Part shown: piece after piece, positions 42,669-52,058 of the stretch | How positions within the stretch are numbered: the first letter of the stretch is position 1 | How the letters are laid out: every line of letters begins with the position of its first letter | Assembly: GCA_036848175.1 (NCBI GenBank) | Contig: DAIUKO010000006.1 | Coordinates: 1-62,284 of the forward strand | Direction: 5' to 3' | Source: Vicinamibacterales bacterium | GTDB taxonomy: Bacteria > Acidobacteriota > Vicinamibacteria > Vicinamibacterales > CAVVIG01 | DNA: 62,284 bases | Position numbers and translations under genes: made by a program | The notes under the pieces: generated by a model | What the model saw: the letters and a program-made list of their open reading frames with translations, nothing else | What the model was told of the DNA's origin: nothing | Databases searched by the model: none

Positions 42669-43306
42669 CGGATCGGCCCCGCCGACGCGACGGGAGACGA
42701 CTTGCGTCCATTCGTCGGCATCTGACGAAGCGTGAACAGCTTGTCGCGGGGGACACCATCACGAATCAGACTCGACCACTGCTGCCCCGAGCTCTCGAGC
42801 GTCGCGACGATCATCAAGTCGTACGCCACCTGGTCGTGCTCCGCGATCGGCCGGACCGGCATGCCGAGGAAGTCGTGACCGCCTTCCTGATCGAAAATCG
42901 CGATCGGCTCGAGACGATACTCCTTGAGCGACAGGTAGGCGAGCTCCGCCGCCTCGCCGCGTCCGAAGATCGCGATCCGGCAGCCCGACACCGCGTGCTC
43001 GGACAGCATCGCGCGCAGGTGCTGGCGGACCTCGCCGTAGAGGTGCAGCGAATAGTCGATGAACTCGTAGGTCAGGCGCGCCTTCTCGGCGATGCCCCGC
43101 GGCGTGATCAAGTAGGTGAGCCGGTTCGGCTGCACGTTCACGCACTTGATGTAGCCCTTGCGCACCAGACGCTTCAAGTAGATGTTGGTCAGCCCGAGCG
43201 CGATTCCCAGTTTGACCGCGAGTCCCCGCTGGGTGACGCGCGAGTCCTGTTCAACCGCTTCGAGCAGCCGTAGATCCCGCCGGGCCTCGTTATCCATGAT
43301 GAGCAA
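42665..43306 (-). CDS. winged-helix (MarR-like, EPS-locus type) regulator with C-terminal Rossmann/CoA-binding-like domain
   Basis: 213-aa ORF with LLEAVEQDSRVTQRGLAVKLGIALGLTNIYLKRLVRKGYIKC, then RIAIFGRGEAAELAY. Confidence 0.75.
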   Translation of the reverse strand: MLIMDNEARRDLRLLEAVEQDSRVTQRGLAVKLGIALGLTNIYLKRLVRKGYIKCVNVQPNRLTYLITPRGIAEKARLTYEFIDYSLHLYGEVRQHLRAMLSEHAVSGCRIAIFGRGEAAELAYLSLKEYRLEPIAIFDQEGGHDFLGMPVRPIAEHDQVAYDLMIVATLESSGQQWSSLIRDGVPRDKLFTLRQMPTNGRKSSPVASAGPIR

Positions 43307-43314
43307 TCACTCCA

Positions 43315-44127
43315 TCACGCGAACAGTTCTTCGACTGGAACGAATCGGACACGCGGCTGCCGCGCCGCGAATTCGAGAAACGCGTCCATCACCCGCTTGA
43401 GCGCGGCGTCCACTTCCCAGTAGTGCGTGGCGAGGCAGAAGTCGCCGCCGAAGCGCTGCGCCTCGTCGAACTGCCGGACCAGCGCGTCGGTCGTCGTGCC
43501 GGGCACGAGGCTGTGGCAGCCGAACTCGGCGTGGGTCGCGTACTTCAGCGCCCGCGGATAGACGAGCGGGTCGCGCCGCGTTCGTCCCGTCGCGCGGCGG
43601 TACTTGTGGATCGCCCACCAGTTCGCCGGCGTGCGCCAGTCCCACGGACGCATCGACGGGCGAAAGGAGAGAAACGATCCGAGCACGTGGAGCCCGGCCG
43701 CCGACACCGCTTCGAGCCCGCGCTTCGACAGCGCGTTGTGCGGCGGCACGAACACCGACACCCGGCAGCCCAGCAGCGACTCGAGGTAGGCGCGCCCGCG
43801 CGCGATGCGATCGGACGGATCCGGCGCCGACTGAAACTCGAAGCCGTCGGGAAAATCCTGATGCGTGTAGCCGTGCAGCGCGATCGTCGCGCGCCGCGAC
43901 CGAATCAAGTCGCGCAGAAACGAGACGAGCGGCAGATTGCAGTGAAGCGGCATCGATTCGCCGGAGTGCCAGTGCGTTTCGGGAATGCCCGGCTGCTCGT
44001 AGCCGATCGCGAACGGAACGATCGCCAGACAGATGGGCACGCGATCCCAGACGTCGCCGTAGATGCGCGTCAGCGCGTCGGGCGTCGTGAAGTAGCTCGT
44101 ATCGTCATCGCGGATGGCGACCTTCAT
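43315..44127 (-). CDS. DUF2334 / polysaccharide-deacetylase-like protein
   Basis: ORF 43315..44223 trimmed to ATG 44127 (MKVAIRDDDTSYF...; ATGA). RDDD and HGYTH. Family call is from memory. Confidence 0.7.
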   Translation of the reverse strand: MKVAIRDDDTSYFTTPDALTRIYGDVWDRVPICLAIVPFAIGYEQPGIPETHWHSGESMPLHCNLPLVSFLRDLIRSRRATIALHGYTHQDFPDGFEFQSAPDPSDRIARGRAYLESLLGCRVSVFVPPHNALSKRGLEAVSAAGLHVLGSFLSFRPSMRPWDWRTPANWWAIHKYRRATGRTRRDPLVYPRALKYATHAEFGCHSLVPGTTTDALVRQFDEAQRFGGDFCLATHYWEVDAALKRVMDAFLEFAARQPRVRFVPVEELFA

Positions 44128-45296
44128 GCCTTCGCGGCCAGGAAGCGCTCGTCGGGCCGGCGCGCGGCAATCGCTCGGCGGTAGACGGCGAGCAGCTGGG
44201 AGGCGCTGGCACGCCACGAGCACTCGGACGACGCCTTTGCCCGGTTGTGCATCCCGGCCGCGCGCGCGGCGTCCGGCTGCACGAGAAACCGCTCGATCGC
44301 GTAGGCGAGCGCCGCCGCATCGCCGCGCGGCACGACGGCGCCGCCCATCGGATCCTTGACGAAATGCCGCACGCCGCCGACGTCGGTCGCGACGACGGGA
44401 AGGCCGCTCGCCATGGCCTCGAGGACCGCGTTCGGCGAATTGTCGAAATCCGATGACAGCGCGAACACGTCCGCACTCCGATAGAACGGCGGCGTGTCCT
44501 CGTGCGGGATCGCGCCGGCAAAGGTCACCGATTCGGCGAGGCCGAGCTGCGCGGCGCGCGCGCGCAGCGCCGGACCCTCGGGACCGTCGCCGACGATGAC
44601 CAGGTGGACGTCGGGAACGTGGGTGCGGACGCGGGCGACGGCGTCGACGAGCAGCGCGACGTTCTTGATCGGTACCAGACGCGCGACGCCGAGCACCACG
44701 CGCTTGCGATCCAGCCGCAGCGGCTTGCGCAGCGCGGCGCCGTCGGGATGGAACGCGGCGGCGTCAACGCCTTTCGAGACGCGCTCGATCGGCCGGCCGA
44801 TCTTCGCGGGCAGATGGTCCGCGGCCCATCCGTCGGCGACGAGCGCATCGGCGAGCTGCAGATCGGCGCGATACCGCGGGTTCGGCTCGCCGGGCAGGTT
44901 GATCACCACGGGGATGTCGCCGATGCGAAGGCGCGCGGCCTGATGCAGCGCGTGCGCGTGCACGATGTCGGGCGGCTCGGCGCCGGCGGCGATGTGGCGC
45001 CATGCCGCGCGGCAGAACCATTCTTCGTCCGCATGCAGCGCCGTCATCGTCAAGCGCCCGAAGCCGCGCCGATGCTGATGGCGGTAGACGAAGTCGCGCG
45101 TGTACGGCGATCGCAGCAGCGTCACCCGTCGCGCCGGGACGTCGCGGGTGCGATAGCGCGGACCGCCGAAGAGGAGCGGCCGGCCGGCGATGATCTCGAC
45201 CTCGACACCGAGCGCGCCCAGTTCGCGCGCCCAGGCGAGGTGACGCGTCTCGCCACCGCCTCGCATCATCGCGAGGCAGCGGACGAGCATTGTCAC
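44124..45296 (-). CDS. GT4 (GT-B fold) glycosyltransferase
   Basis: ORF 44124..45632 trimmed to GTG 45296 (VTMLVRCLAMMRGGGE...; GTGA; ATG 45290 is the alternative). DNSPNAVLEAMASGLPVVAT. Confidence 0.85.
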   Translation of the reverse strand: MTMLVRCLAMMRGGGETRHLAWARELGALGVEVEIIAGRPLLFGGPRYRTRDVPARRVTLLRSPYTRDFVYRHQHRRGFGRLTMTALHADEEWFCRAAWRHIAAGAEPPDIVHAHALHQAARLRIGDIPVVINLPGEPNPRYRADLQLADALVADGWAADHLPAKIGRPIERVSKGVDAAAFHPDGAALRKPLRLDRKRVVLGVARLVPIKNVALLVDAVARVRTHVPDVHLVIVGDGPEGPALRARAAQLGLAESVTFAGAIPHEDTPPFYRSADVFALSSDFDNSPNAVLEAMASGLPVVATDVGGVRHFVKDPMGGAVVPRGDAAALAYAIERFLVQPDAARAAGMHNRAKASSECSWRASASQLLAVYRRAIAARRPDERFLAAKA

Positions 45297-47173
45297 GCGC
45301 ACGCGCGCTCGCGGCTCCCCGCGCGATCGACGTGCTGTCGCGCCCACAATTCCAGACAGACGAGCGTCCAGATGCGCTTGGCATGATCGCGCGCGCCAAT
45401 CTCGTGCTGGTGCAGCAGACGCGCCGCCTCGCGGCGATCCGTCCAGCCGCGCTCGGCGGTCCGTCGATCGAGCAGGATCTCGCGCGCCCAGCCAATCAGC
45501 CCGTCGGCAAACCATCGCCGCAGCGGCACGCCGAACCCTTTTTTGGGACGCAAGAGCGTCTCGGGCGGCAGCCAGGGTGCGACGAGACGTTTGAACAGCT
45601 CTTTCGTCGTCGTCGCGCTGCCATGCCGCCATGACGGCTGCTGCGCGGCGAGCTCCACGACGCGGTGATCGAGCAGCGGACAGCGCGCCTCGAGGCTGTG
45701 CGCCATCGTGGCGCGATCGACTTTCACGAGAATGTCGCCGGGAAGGTAATGCTGCTGATCCCAGCGTTGGAGGCGCGACAGGAGCGGGCCGTCGGCCGAG
45801 GCCAGCTGCCGCACCGCGTCGGTTTCAGGCATGCTCGATGCCGAGCGCAGCAGATCGCGCTGCGCGATCCGGCGCAGGAGGTATTCGGGAAAGACCGTGC
45901 GGCGCCACACGAACCACGCTTCCGGTCCGAGCGCCAGCGTCGTGAGGCGCCCTTTGCCGCGCGCGTGCGCCGGCAGCCATTTCGCGCCGAGGCCCGCCAG
46001 CGCGCGCATGCCTCGCGCCGCCACCGCCGTCGATCGACCGAGCGCCTGTGAGTAGGGCAGGTATCCAGCGAACAATTCGTCGCCGCCGTCGCCGGTCAGA
46101 CAGACGGTCACGTGACGGCGCGCGAGCTCTGCGACGAAGAACGTCGGAATCGCCGATGCGTCGGCGAACGGCTCGTCGTAGTGCGTCGCCAGCTTGTCCG
46201 CGATGGCGACGCAGTCCGGCGTCACCGTCCATTCATGATGATCGGCGCCGAACGCGCGCGCGGTCGCGCGCGCGGCCGCCAGCTCGTCGTACTCCGGATC
46301 CTCGAAACCGATCGAGAAGGTCTGCACACGGCGCGACGAGTGCTTCGCCATCAACGCCAGCACCGCCGCCGAATCGAGCCCGCCGCTCAGGAACGCGCCG
46401 AGCGGTACGTCCGAACGCAGCCGGATGCGAACCGCTTCGTCGAGCTCCGCGCCGAGCCGCTCGAGGTACTCGGCTTCGGGAATGCCGGCGTCGGTGTCGC
46501 GCGGCCACGTCCAATAGCGGCGCACGCGCGGCGCCTGACCGCGATCGAGCGTGAGCACGCAGCCCGGCGGCAGCCGCGACATCCCCTCGAAGATCGCCTC
46601 GTCGCCGGCGACGTACCCGAACGTGAGGAATTCGACGAGCGGTCCCGCGGCGACGTCCGGAGTCCGCGGCAGCACGGCGAGGATCGCTTTCGTCTCGGAT
46701 GCGAACACGAACCGATCGGCGGTTTGTGTGTAGTAGAGCGGCTTCTTGCCGACGCGATCTCTCGCCAGCACGAGACGGCCGCGCGGCGCATCCCAGACCG
46801 CGATCGCAAACATGCCGCGCAGCCGCTCGAACGCTGCCTCTCCGTCCTCGGCGTACAGCGCGGCAATCACTTCGGTATCGGATGCGGTGGAAAAGCTGCG
46901 CCCGCGACGCTCCAGTTCGCAGCGCAACTCCACGTAGTTGTAGATCTCGCCGTTCTGAACCACGGTGATTCGCCCCGCGTCGACCGCGATCGGCTGATGA
47001 CCGCCGGCAAGATCGATGATGCTCAGCCGCGCGGCCGCGAGCGCCGCGGGACCTTCGGCCCGTACGCCGGTATCGTCCGGTCCGCGATGCCGAAGGGTCG
47101 CAATCATTCCGGCCGCGACGCCGGCGTCCGCTGATGCGCTTCCGGTCTCGACGTATCCCGCGATGCCGCACAT
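45293..47173 (-). CDS. asparagine synthase-family glutamine amidotransferase (AsnB-like, copy 2)
   Basis: 626-aa ORF with an MCGIAG start and PP-loop FLSGGLDSA. Confidence 0.9.
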   Translation of the reverse strand: MCGIAGYVETGSASADAGVAAGMIATLRHRGPDDTGVRAEGPAALAAARLSIIDLAGGHQPIAVDAGRITVVQNGEIYNYVELRCELERRGRSFSTASDTEVIAALYAEDGEAAFERLRGMFAIAVWDAPRGRLVLARDRVGKKPLYYTQTADRFVFASETKAILAVLPRTPDVAAGPLVEFLTFGYVAGDEAIFEGMSRLPPGCVLTLDRGQAPRVRRYWTWPRDTDAGIPEAEYLERLGAELDEAVRIRLRSDVPLGAFLSGGLDSAAVLALMAKHSSRRVQTFSIGFEDPEYDELAAARATARAFGADHHEWTVTPDCVAIADKLATHYDEPFADASAIPTFFVAELARRHVTVCLTGDGGDELFAGYLPYSQALGRSTAVAARGMRALAGLGAKWLPAHARGKGRLTTLALGPEAWFVWRRTVFPEYLLRRIAQRDLLRSASSMPETDAVRQLASADGPLLSRLQRWDQQHYLPGDILVKVDRATMAHSLEARCPLLDHRVVELAAQQPSWRHGSATTTKELFKRLVAPWLPPETLLRPKKGFGVPLRRWFADGLIGWAREILLDRRTAERGWTDRREAARLLHQHEIGARDHAKRIWTLVCLELWARQHVDRAGSRERACA

Positions 47174-47174
47174 A

Positions 47175-48452
47175 TCAGGACGGCACTCGGACGTGGTGCT
47201 CGAAGCGGAACGGCAGCGTCACGACGCCGTCTCCATCGTCGCCCGATTGGCTCCCCGAACCGTCGGCGCCGACGACGGCGAATCGCGGTCCGGCCGTGAC
47301 GACGTCGTACGACACCAGCTGCAATGCGTCGGTGATCGTCAACCGAAGCACGTACTGGCGCGCCCGAAGCGGCAGCGACTCGAAGGTGCAGTCCACGACG
47401 CCGGCGGTGTCGAGCGCGGCCGGGCCGTCGCCGGGCCGCGACGTCGCGGTCGCGACGATGAGTCCGGTGTCGACGTCGACGATCGCGATCTGAAACACCG
47501 GAGCCGCGATGCGCGTGGATACCTCGTAGGCGGCCCGGACGACCAGTGATCCGCCTTCGCGAACGGCGCGCGCCGCGCGGCCGCTGCGATCGACGACCTC
47601 GATATCGGTGTAGCGGATCTCTCCCGTGCCGCCGCGATGGCTTTGCAGGGCGTTGCCCTGATTCGCGAGGGCCCGGAGGTTCACCTCGTCGAGGTAACGA
47701 TCGACGATCGAGGCGGCGTCGCCGATCGCGCGGATGCGACCCTCGTCCATCCAGATGATCTGGTCGCACAGCCGCCGCACGTTCCACATGTCGTGCGAGA
47801 TGAAGAGAACCGTCTTCCCCTCGGCGATGAGCCGCCTCAGGCTTTCGAGCGCGCGGCGGCGGAACGCGGCGTCGCCGACCGCGAGCACTTCGTCGACGAG
47901 CACGATGTCGGGATGGCTGTGAATCGCGACGCTGAAGCCGAGCCGGGCGTAGAGGCCCGACGAATACCGCTTCATCGGCATGTCGATCAGCCGCTCGACC
48001 TCCGCGAACCGGACGATGTCGTCGAACCGCCCGGCGATCTCGCGGCGCGTCAACCCGAAGAGGCCGGCGCCGAGATAGACGTTCTCGCGGCCGGTCAGCT
48101 CGGGATGGAAGCCGGCGCCGAGCTCGATCAGCGACACGACACGGCCGGCCACCTGCACGCGTCCGCTCGTCGGCCACGTGACGCGCGAAATCAGCTTGAG
48201 GAGCGACGTCTTGCCGGCGCCGTTCGGCCCGATGATGCCGAGGCCGGCCCCTTCAGCGACGTCGAAGCTGACGTCGCGCAGCGCGAACACGTCGGCGTCG
48301 ACGCGGCCGCGCGCGGCGCTGTAGACATCGTGCTTGCGGCCGCGCAGACGATCGAACGCCGATGCGGCGAGATCGACAATCGTCCGCGACCGTCCGGCAC
48401 GATATCGCTTCGACACGTGCTCGAGGCGAATCGCGACTGCGCTAGATGACAT
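47175..48452 (-). CDS. wzt: O-antigen/polysaccharide ABC transporter ATP-binding protein with Wzt-C-like domain
   Basis: 425-aa ORF with Walker A GPNGAGKTS, signature YSSGL, Walker B IVLVDE and a ~150-aa beta-rich tail. Confidence 0.9.
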   Translation of the reverse strand: MSSSAVAIRLEHVSKRYRAGRSRTIVDLAASAFDRLRGRKHDVYSAARGRVDADVFALRDVSFDVAEGAGLGIIGPNGAGKTSLLKLISRVTWPTSGRVQVAGRVVSLIELGAGFHPELTGRENVYLGAGLFGLTRREIAGRFDDIVRFAEVERLIDMPMKRYSSGLYARLGFSVAIHSHPDIVLVDEVLAVGDAAFRRRALESLRRLIAEGKTVLFISHDMWNVRRLCDQIIWMDEGRIRAIGDAASIVDRYLDEVNLRALANQGNALQSHRGGTGEIRYTDIEVVDRSGRAARAVREGGSLVVRAAYEVSTRIAAPVFQIAIVDVDTGLIVATATSRPGDGPAALDTAGVVDCTFESLPLRARQYVLRLTITDALQLVSYDVVTAGPRFAVVGADGSGSQSGDDGDGVVTLPFRFEHHVRVPS

Positions 48453-49248
48453 CCGCGAAGTATTTGTCCAGACGTTTGAACAGGACGAACGACGCGACGA
48501 GCATGATCGCGGTCGTTGTGGCAGACAGCGCGAGCAGCGGCCAGTCGGGCTCGCGGCCGTAGACGACCGCCGATCGGAACCCTTCGATCACCCCACTCAG
48601 CGGATTCAACGCGATCCATCCGCGCCATGCCGGCGGCACCTTCGCCAACGGGTAGGCGATCGGCGTCACGAAGAGCCACAGCTGCAGGCCAATCTGCACG
48701 ACCGGGTTCACATCGCGATAAAACACGTTGACGGCTGACGTGAGCAGCGTGACGGCGATCGTGAAGGCGACGAGGAGCGCGAACAGCGGAACGACGAGGA
48801 GCACCCAACCGGTCAGGTTCACCCGGTAGTACGCGATGAGGACGGCGACGAGCGTGGCGGCCGCGGCGAGATCCAGCAGCCGCGAGCAGATCTGCGCGAG
48901 CGGGATGATCTCGCGCGGAAAGTACGTCTTGGTGACGATGTTGCGGTACTGGATCAGGCTCATCGTGCCGGAGTTCACACTGTTGAGAAAGAAGAACCAC
49001 GGCACCAGACCCGCGTAGGCGAATACCGGATACGGGGCGTCGGACTCGATATTCGCCAGCCGCGAAAAGACGAGCGTGAACACGATCATCGTCGCGAGCG
49101 GCTGCGCGATCGCCCAGCCGACGCCGAACAGCGACTGGCTGTAACGCCCCATCACTTCCCGCCGCGTCAGATTCATCAGCAGCTCGAAGTACGCTGCTGG
49201 GTCCACCCGCTCCGCGCGGTCGGAGAGCGTCCGCGACGCGACCGTCAT
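48442..49248 (-). CDS. wzm: ABC-2 type polysaccharide export permease
   Basis: ORF 48442..49437 trimmed to ATG 49248 (MTVASRTL...; ATGA). Six-TM ABC-2 layout. Its 3' end overlaps the wzt start by 11 nt. Confidence 0.9.
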   Translation of the reverse strand: MTVASRTLSDRAERVDPAAYFELLMNLTRREVMGRYSQSLFGVGWAIAQPLATMIVFTLVFSRLANIESDAPYPVFAYAGLVPWFFFLNSVNSGTMSLIQYRNIVTKTYFPREIIPLAQICSRLLDLAAAATLVAVLIAYYRVNLTGWVLLVVPLFALLVAFTIAVTLLTSAVNVFYRDVNPVVQIGLQLWLFVTPIAYPLAKVPPAWRGWIALNPLSGVIEGFRSAVVYGREPDWPLLALSATTTAIMLVASFVLFKRLDKYFADVI

Positions 49249-50468
49249 CGATACGTCAGCGTAGGCTGGGCCGCCGCTGCCGGTCGCTCGGCAACCGGGT
49301 GGTACTCGAGCAGCGCGCCGTTGTGGATCTCGTGCAGATACAACCCCCACGCGCCGAGCGCGATCAGCCACTGCGAGTAGTTTGCGAGAAGCGTGATGTT
49401 CTCCGGCCTCGTCACCCAGCTGTAGACCGGCAGACACGCGATGATGAGAAGCGGCAATGCCCGCGGCAGCCGCGTGGATCGCGTCGCGATGTAGAACGTC
49501 GGCACGATCAGCAGCATGTAGCTGTAGTTCTTGAAGCGAGGCATCGCGAGCGCGTAGGCCAGGAACACGACGTAGGCGATGACCTCGACGCGATTGGCAG
49601 CGGAGGTGGCGGCGACGCGTTTCGTCACGACGATGGTCGGCACGGCAACCGCGGCAGCGAGCGCCGCGTAAACCGCGATCTCAATCACCGGTGACACCGT
49701 CACACCGTAGGCGTTTCTCGCCACCGCGCTCAAGTCCTGCACCAGCGTCAACGACGAAGGATTGAGCCTGCCGAACTCGCCAACGTTCTTTGGAATCGAC
49801 TGGAAGAACTCGATCGTGAGTCGCGGCGCGACCACGTACGTGATCAGAAAAATCGACGCGAAGGCCGCGACGCCGCCGGCGATGTACGCGTAGCCGCGCC
49901 GCTCGGGAGCGACGAGGCAGACGAGTAACAACGGCATCAAGGTGAGGCGGAGCAGCGACGCGACGACGACAGCCGCGACGTAGAGCCAATACCGTTTCTC
50001 GAGGAGCGCGCCGACGCCGACCCAGAACACGAGCTGTTCGAAGGTCGTAACGTTGCCGGCCGCGCAGTCGATGAAGATCGCGCTCGAGTACGCGAAAACC
50101 AGGAACAACAGCCACACCGGATCGAGGATGCTGGTTCGCAACAGCCGCCCCCAGACGTGGACGAGGCCGCCGAGCGCGATCAGCTTGAACGCGAGGTAAA
50201 TCGCCAGCGCGCGCGGCAGCGAGAGCCACGCAAACGGCGCGAACAGGCCGAGCGCGTACGGCGGATAGTTCCATTTGAAGCCGTCGCGGCTGAGCGACAG
50301 CGGAAGCGACGCGGTGTCGTACGGATCGAGGCCCGCGCGCCACGCCTGCACCGAGTGGTAGTAGACGGTGAAGTCCCACTGGTTTCCGGGATTCGACCAC
50401 AGCTTCTGCACCCACCAGAGGAGGCAGAGCGCGGCGAATCCGATGCGCCACCATTTCCCGCCCGCCAA
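49245..50468 (-). CDS. DUF2029/GT87-like polytopic membrane glycosyltransferase
   Basis: ORF 49245..51131. The only canonical in-frame start after the upstream stop is TTG 50468 (LAGGKWWRIGF...). NQWDFTVYYHSVQAWRAGLDPY...WNYPPY matches the GT87 signature as I remember it. Confidence 0.7.
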   Translation of the reverse strand: MAGGKWWRIGFAALCLLWWVQKLWSNPGNQWDFTVYYHSVQAWRAGLDPYDTASLPLSLSRDGFKWNYPPYALGLFAPFAWLSLPRALAIYLAFKLIALGGLVHVWGRLLRTSILDPVWLLFLVFAYSSAIFIDCAAGNVTTFEQLVFWVGVGALLEKRYWLYVAAVVVASLLRLTLMPLLLVCLVAPERRGYAYIAGGVAAFASIFLITYVVAPRLTIEFFQSIPKNVGEFGRLNPSSLTLVQDLSAVARNAYGVTVSPVIEIAVYAALAAAVAVPTIVVTKRVAATSAANRVEVIAYVVFLAYALAMPRFKNYSYMLLIVPTFYIATRSTRLPRALPLLIIACLPVYSWVTRPENITLLANYSQWLIALGAWGLYLHEIHNGALLEYHPVAERPAAAAQPTLTYR

Positions 50469-50545
50469 AACTAGTCGGACCCACGCCGCGAAGCGGCGCC
50501 CACCTGATCCACGCGCCGAAGGCGCCCACGCCGCGCGAAGCGCGG

Positions 50546-52009
50546 CTAGCGGGCGCTCGTGGCGGTCGCGCGCGGCGCCACCGCCAGGCCAGCCGACTCG
50601 ATGCGCCGTCCCGCCAACTCTCGCGTGATGAGGCCGGCCAGGCGTTCCGCAGAACGGCCGTCGGTGAACTCGCACTGCTCGGCGACGACGCGCCGGCGTC
50701 CTGCCGCGTCTCGCGACGGATCGAGGAGATAGGCATTCACCTCGTCGATCATCTCGCGCGGCGATTTGGCGATGCGCACCGCGCCGGCCCGGACGATCTG
50801 CTGATAGTGCGTGTACGAGTAGTAGCGAAGCGGCGAGGTCAGGAACGGCCGCGCCTCGGCGTCGTCCTGATCGAACGCGATGTTCACGACCGGCGTGTCG
50901 AAGATCGAGGCTTCGATCGAGATCGTCGACGCGACGTTGAGCACGACGTCGCTGTGATACATGGTGTCGGCGAGATGGCGCGTGTTCTCGGCCGTCACGT
51001 CGACGTTGTGGCCGTCGCCGGACCGCGCCGTCTCGCGAAACGGCTTCTCGACCGACACGTGCGGCGTGCCGGCGAAACGCTGATACTGCCCCACGTCGTC
51101 GCGTGGATGCACGCGGACGAGCACGTCGCACGGAGCGGCCAGCGCACCCGATCGAATCGCCTCGACGAGGTGATCGATGACGATGTCGTGGCGCGGATAC
51201 GATTCGGCCGGGATCGTCGTCAGCGTGAGGATGCGCCGCGCCGGGTCGAGACCGATCCGGCGGCAGAATTCCGCACGGCTGCAGCGCGGCTCGCCGTTGA
51301 AATAACAGTCGAACTGCGGCGGTCCGGCGACGTCGATGTCGGCCGGCGGATAGCGGTGAAACTCGTGCGCCTCGCGCCGCATCGTCGAATTCCAGACGAC
51401 CAGACGATCGACCTTGCGGATCGGAAACAGCTTGTTCGTCAGGTTGTCCCAGCTCAGATCGACCGCCATCGATCGCACGCGCCGCCGCACAGCCGTTCGC
51501 AGGACCGGAATCTCAGCGAAGATGAGGCCGGGCGTGGCGACGGCGACGAGCGTCGGGCGGTGCCGCGCGAACACCGCATCCATGTGCTGATCGGCAACGA
51601 AACGATCCGAGAGGTCGTACCAGCGGCCGCTGTCGGCGCGCCGCGCAAAGCCGCGGCCGAGGAGCGCCTTCAATCGGCGCAATCGCTGGATCGTCCCGGC
51701 GTGGCCTGCGGCCAGCTTGATTCGAATGGTCTCCGTCGATCGCGATTCGAGGTAATGCGCCTGCAGCACGCTGAGAAAACGTCGTTCGAGACCCGCCGGC
51801 ACGTGCGGCGGGAGCAGCTCGAAGCTGACGCGCGGATGCGCGAACTCGGACGTGAAGCTCGGATCTGCCACGAGCGGCGACACGAGCACGACGCGCGCGT
51901 CGCCGATCGACTCGAGCACCCGCGCCAGCACACCGGTGCGCAGCACGTTGCCGGCGCTGCTGCCGTGAGGAATCGTCCACAGGAGACAGGGATTCGCGGG
52001 ACCCGGCAT
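50546..52009 (-). CDS. GT-B-fold glycosyltransferase-like protein, family unassigned
   Basis: 487-aa ORF with a two-Rossmann layout. C-terminal pattern VRVHPRD...MYHSDVVLNVASTISIEASIFDTPVVNI. Sits between neuA and the exporter block. Confidence 0.6.
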   Translation of the reverse strand: MPGPANPCLLWTIPHGSSAGNVLRTGVLARVLESIGDARVVLVSPLVADPSFTSEFAHPRVSFELLPPHVPAGLERRFLSVLQAHYLESRSTETIRIKLAAGHAGTIQRLRRLKALLGRGFARRADSGRWYDLSDRFVADQHMDAVFARHRPTLVAVATPGLIFAEIPVLRTAVRRRVRSMAVDLSWDNLTNKLFPIRKVDRLVVWNSTMRREAHEFHRYPPADIDVAGPPQFDCYFNGEPRCSRAEFCRRIGLDPARRILTLTTIPAESYPRHDIVIDHLVEAIRSGALAAPCDVLVRVHPRDDVGQYQRFAGTPHVSVEKPFRETARSGDGHNVDVTAENTRHLADTMYHSDVVLNVASTISIEASIFDTPVVNIAFDQDDAEARPFLTSPLRYYSYTHYQQIVRAGAVRIAKSPREMIDEVNAYLLDPSRDAAGRRRVVAEQCEFTDGRSAERLAGLITRELAGRRIESAGLAVAPRATATSAR

Positions 52010-52058
52010 TAGCTCGGCATCTCTTCGTGGCGCCCGTTCAGGGCGGCCGGAGTGTTCT

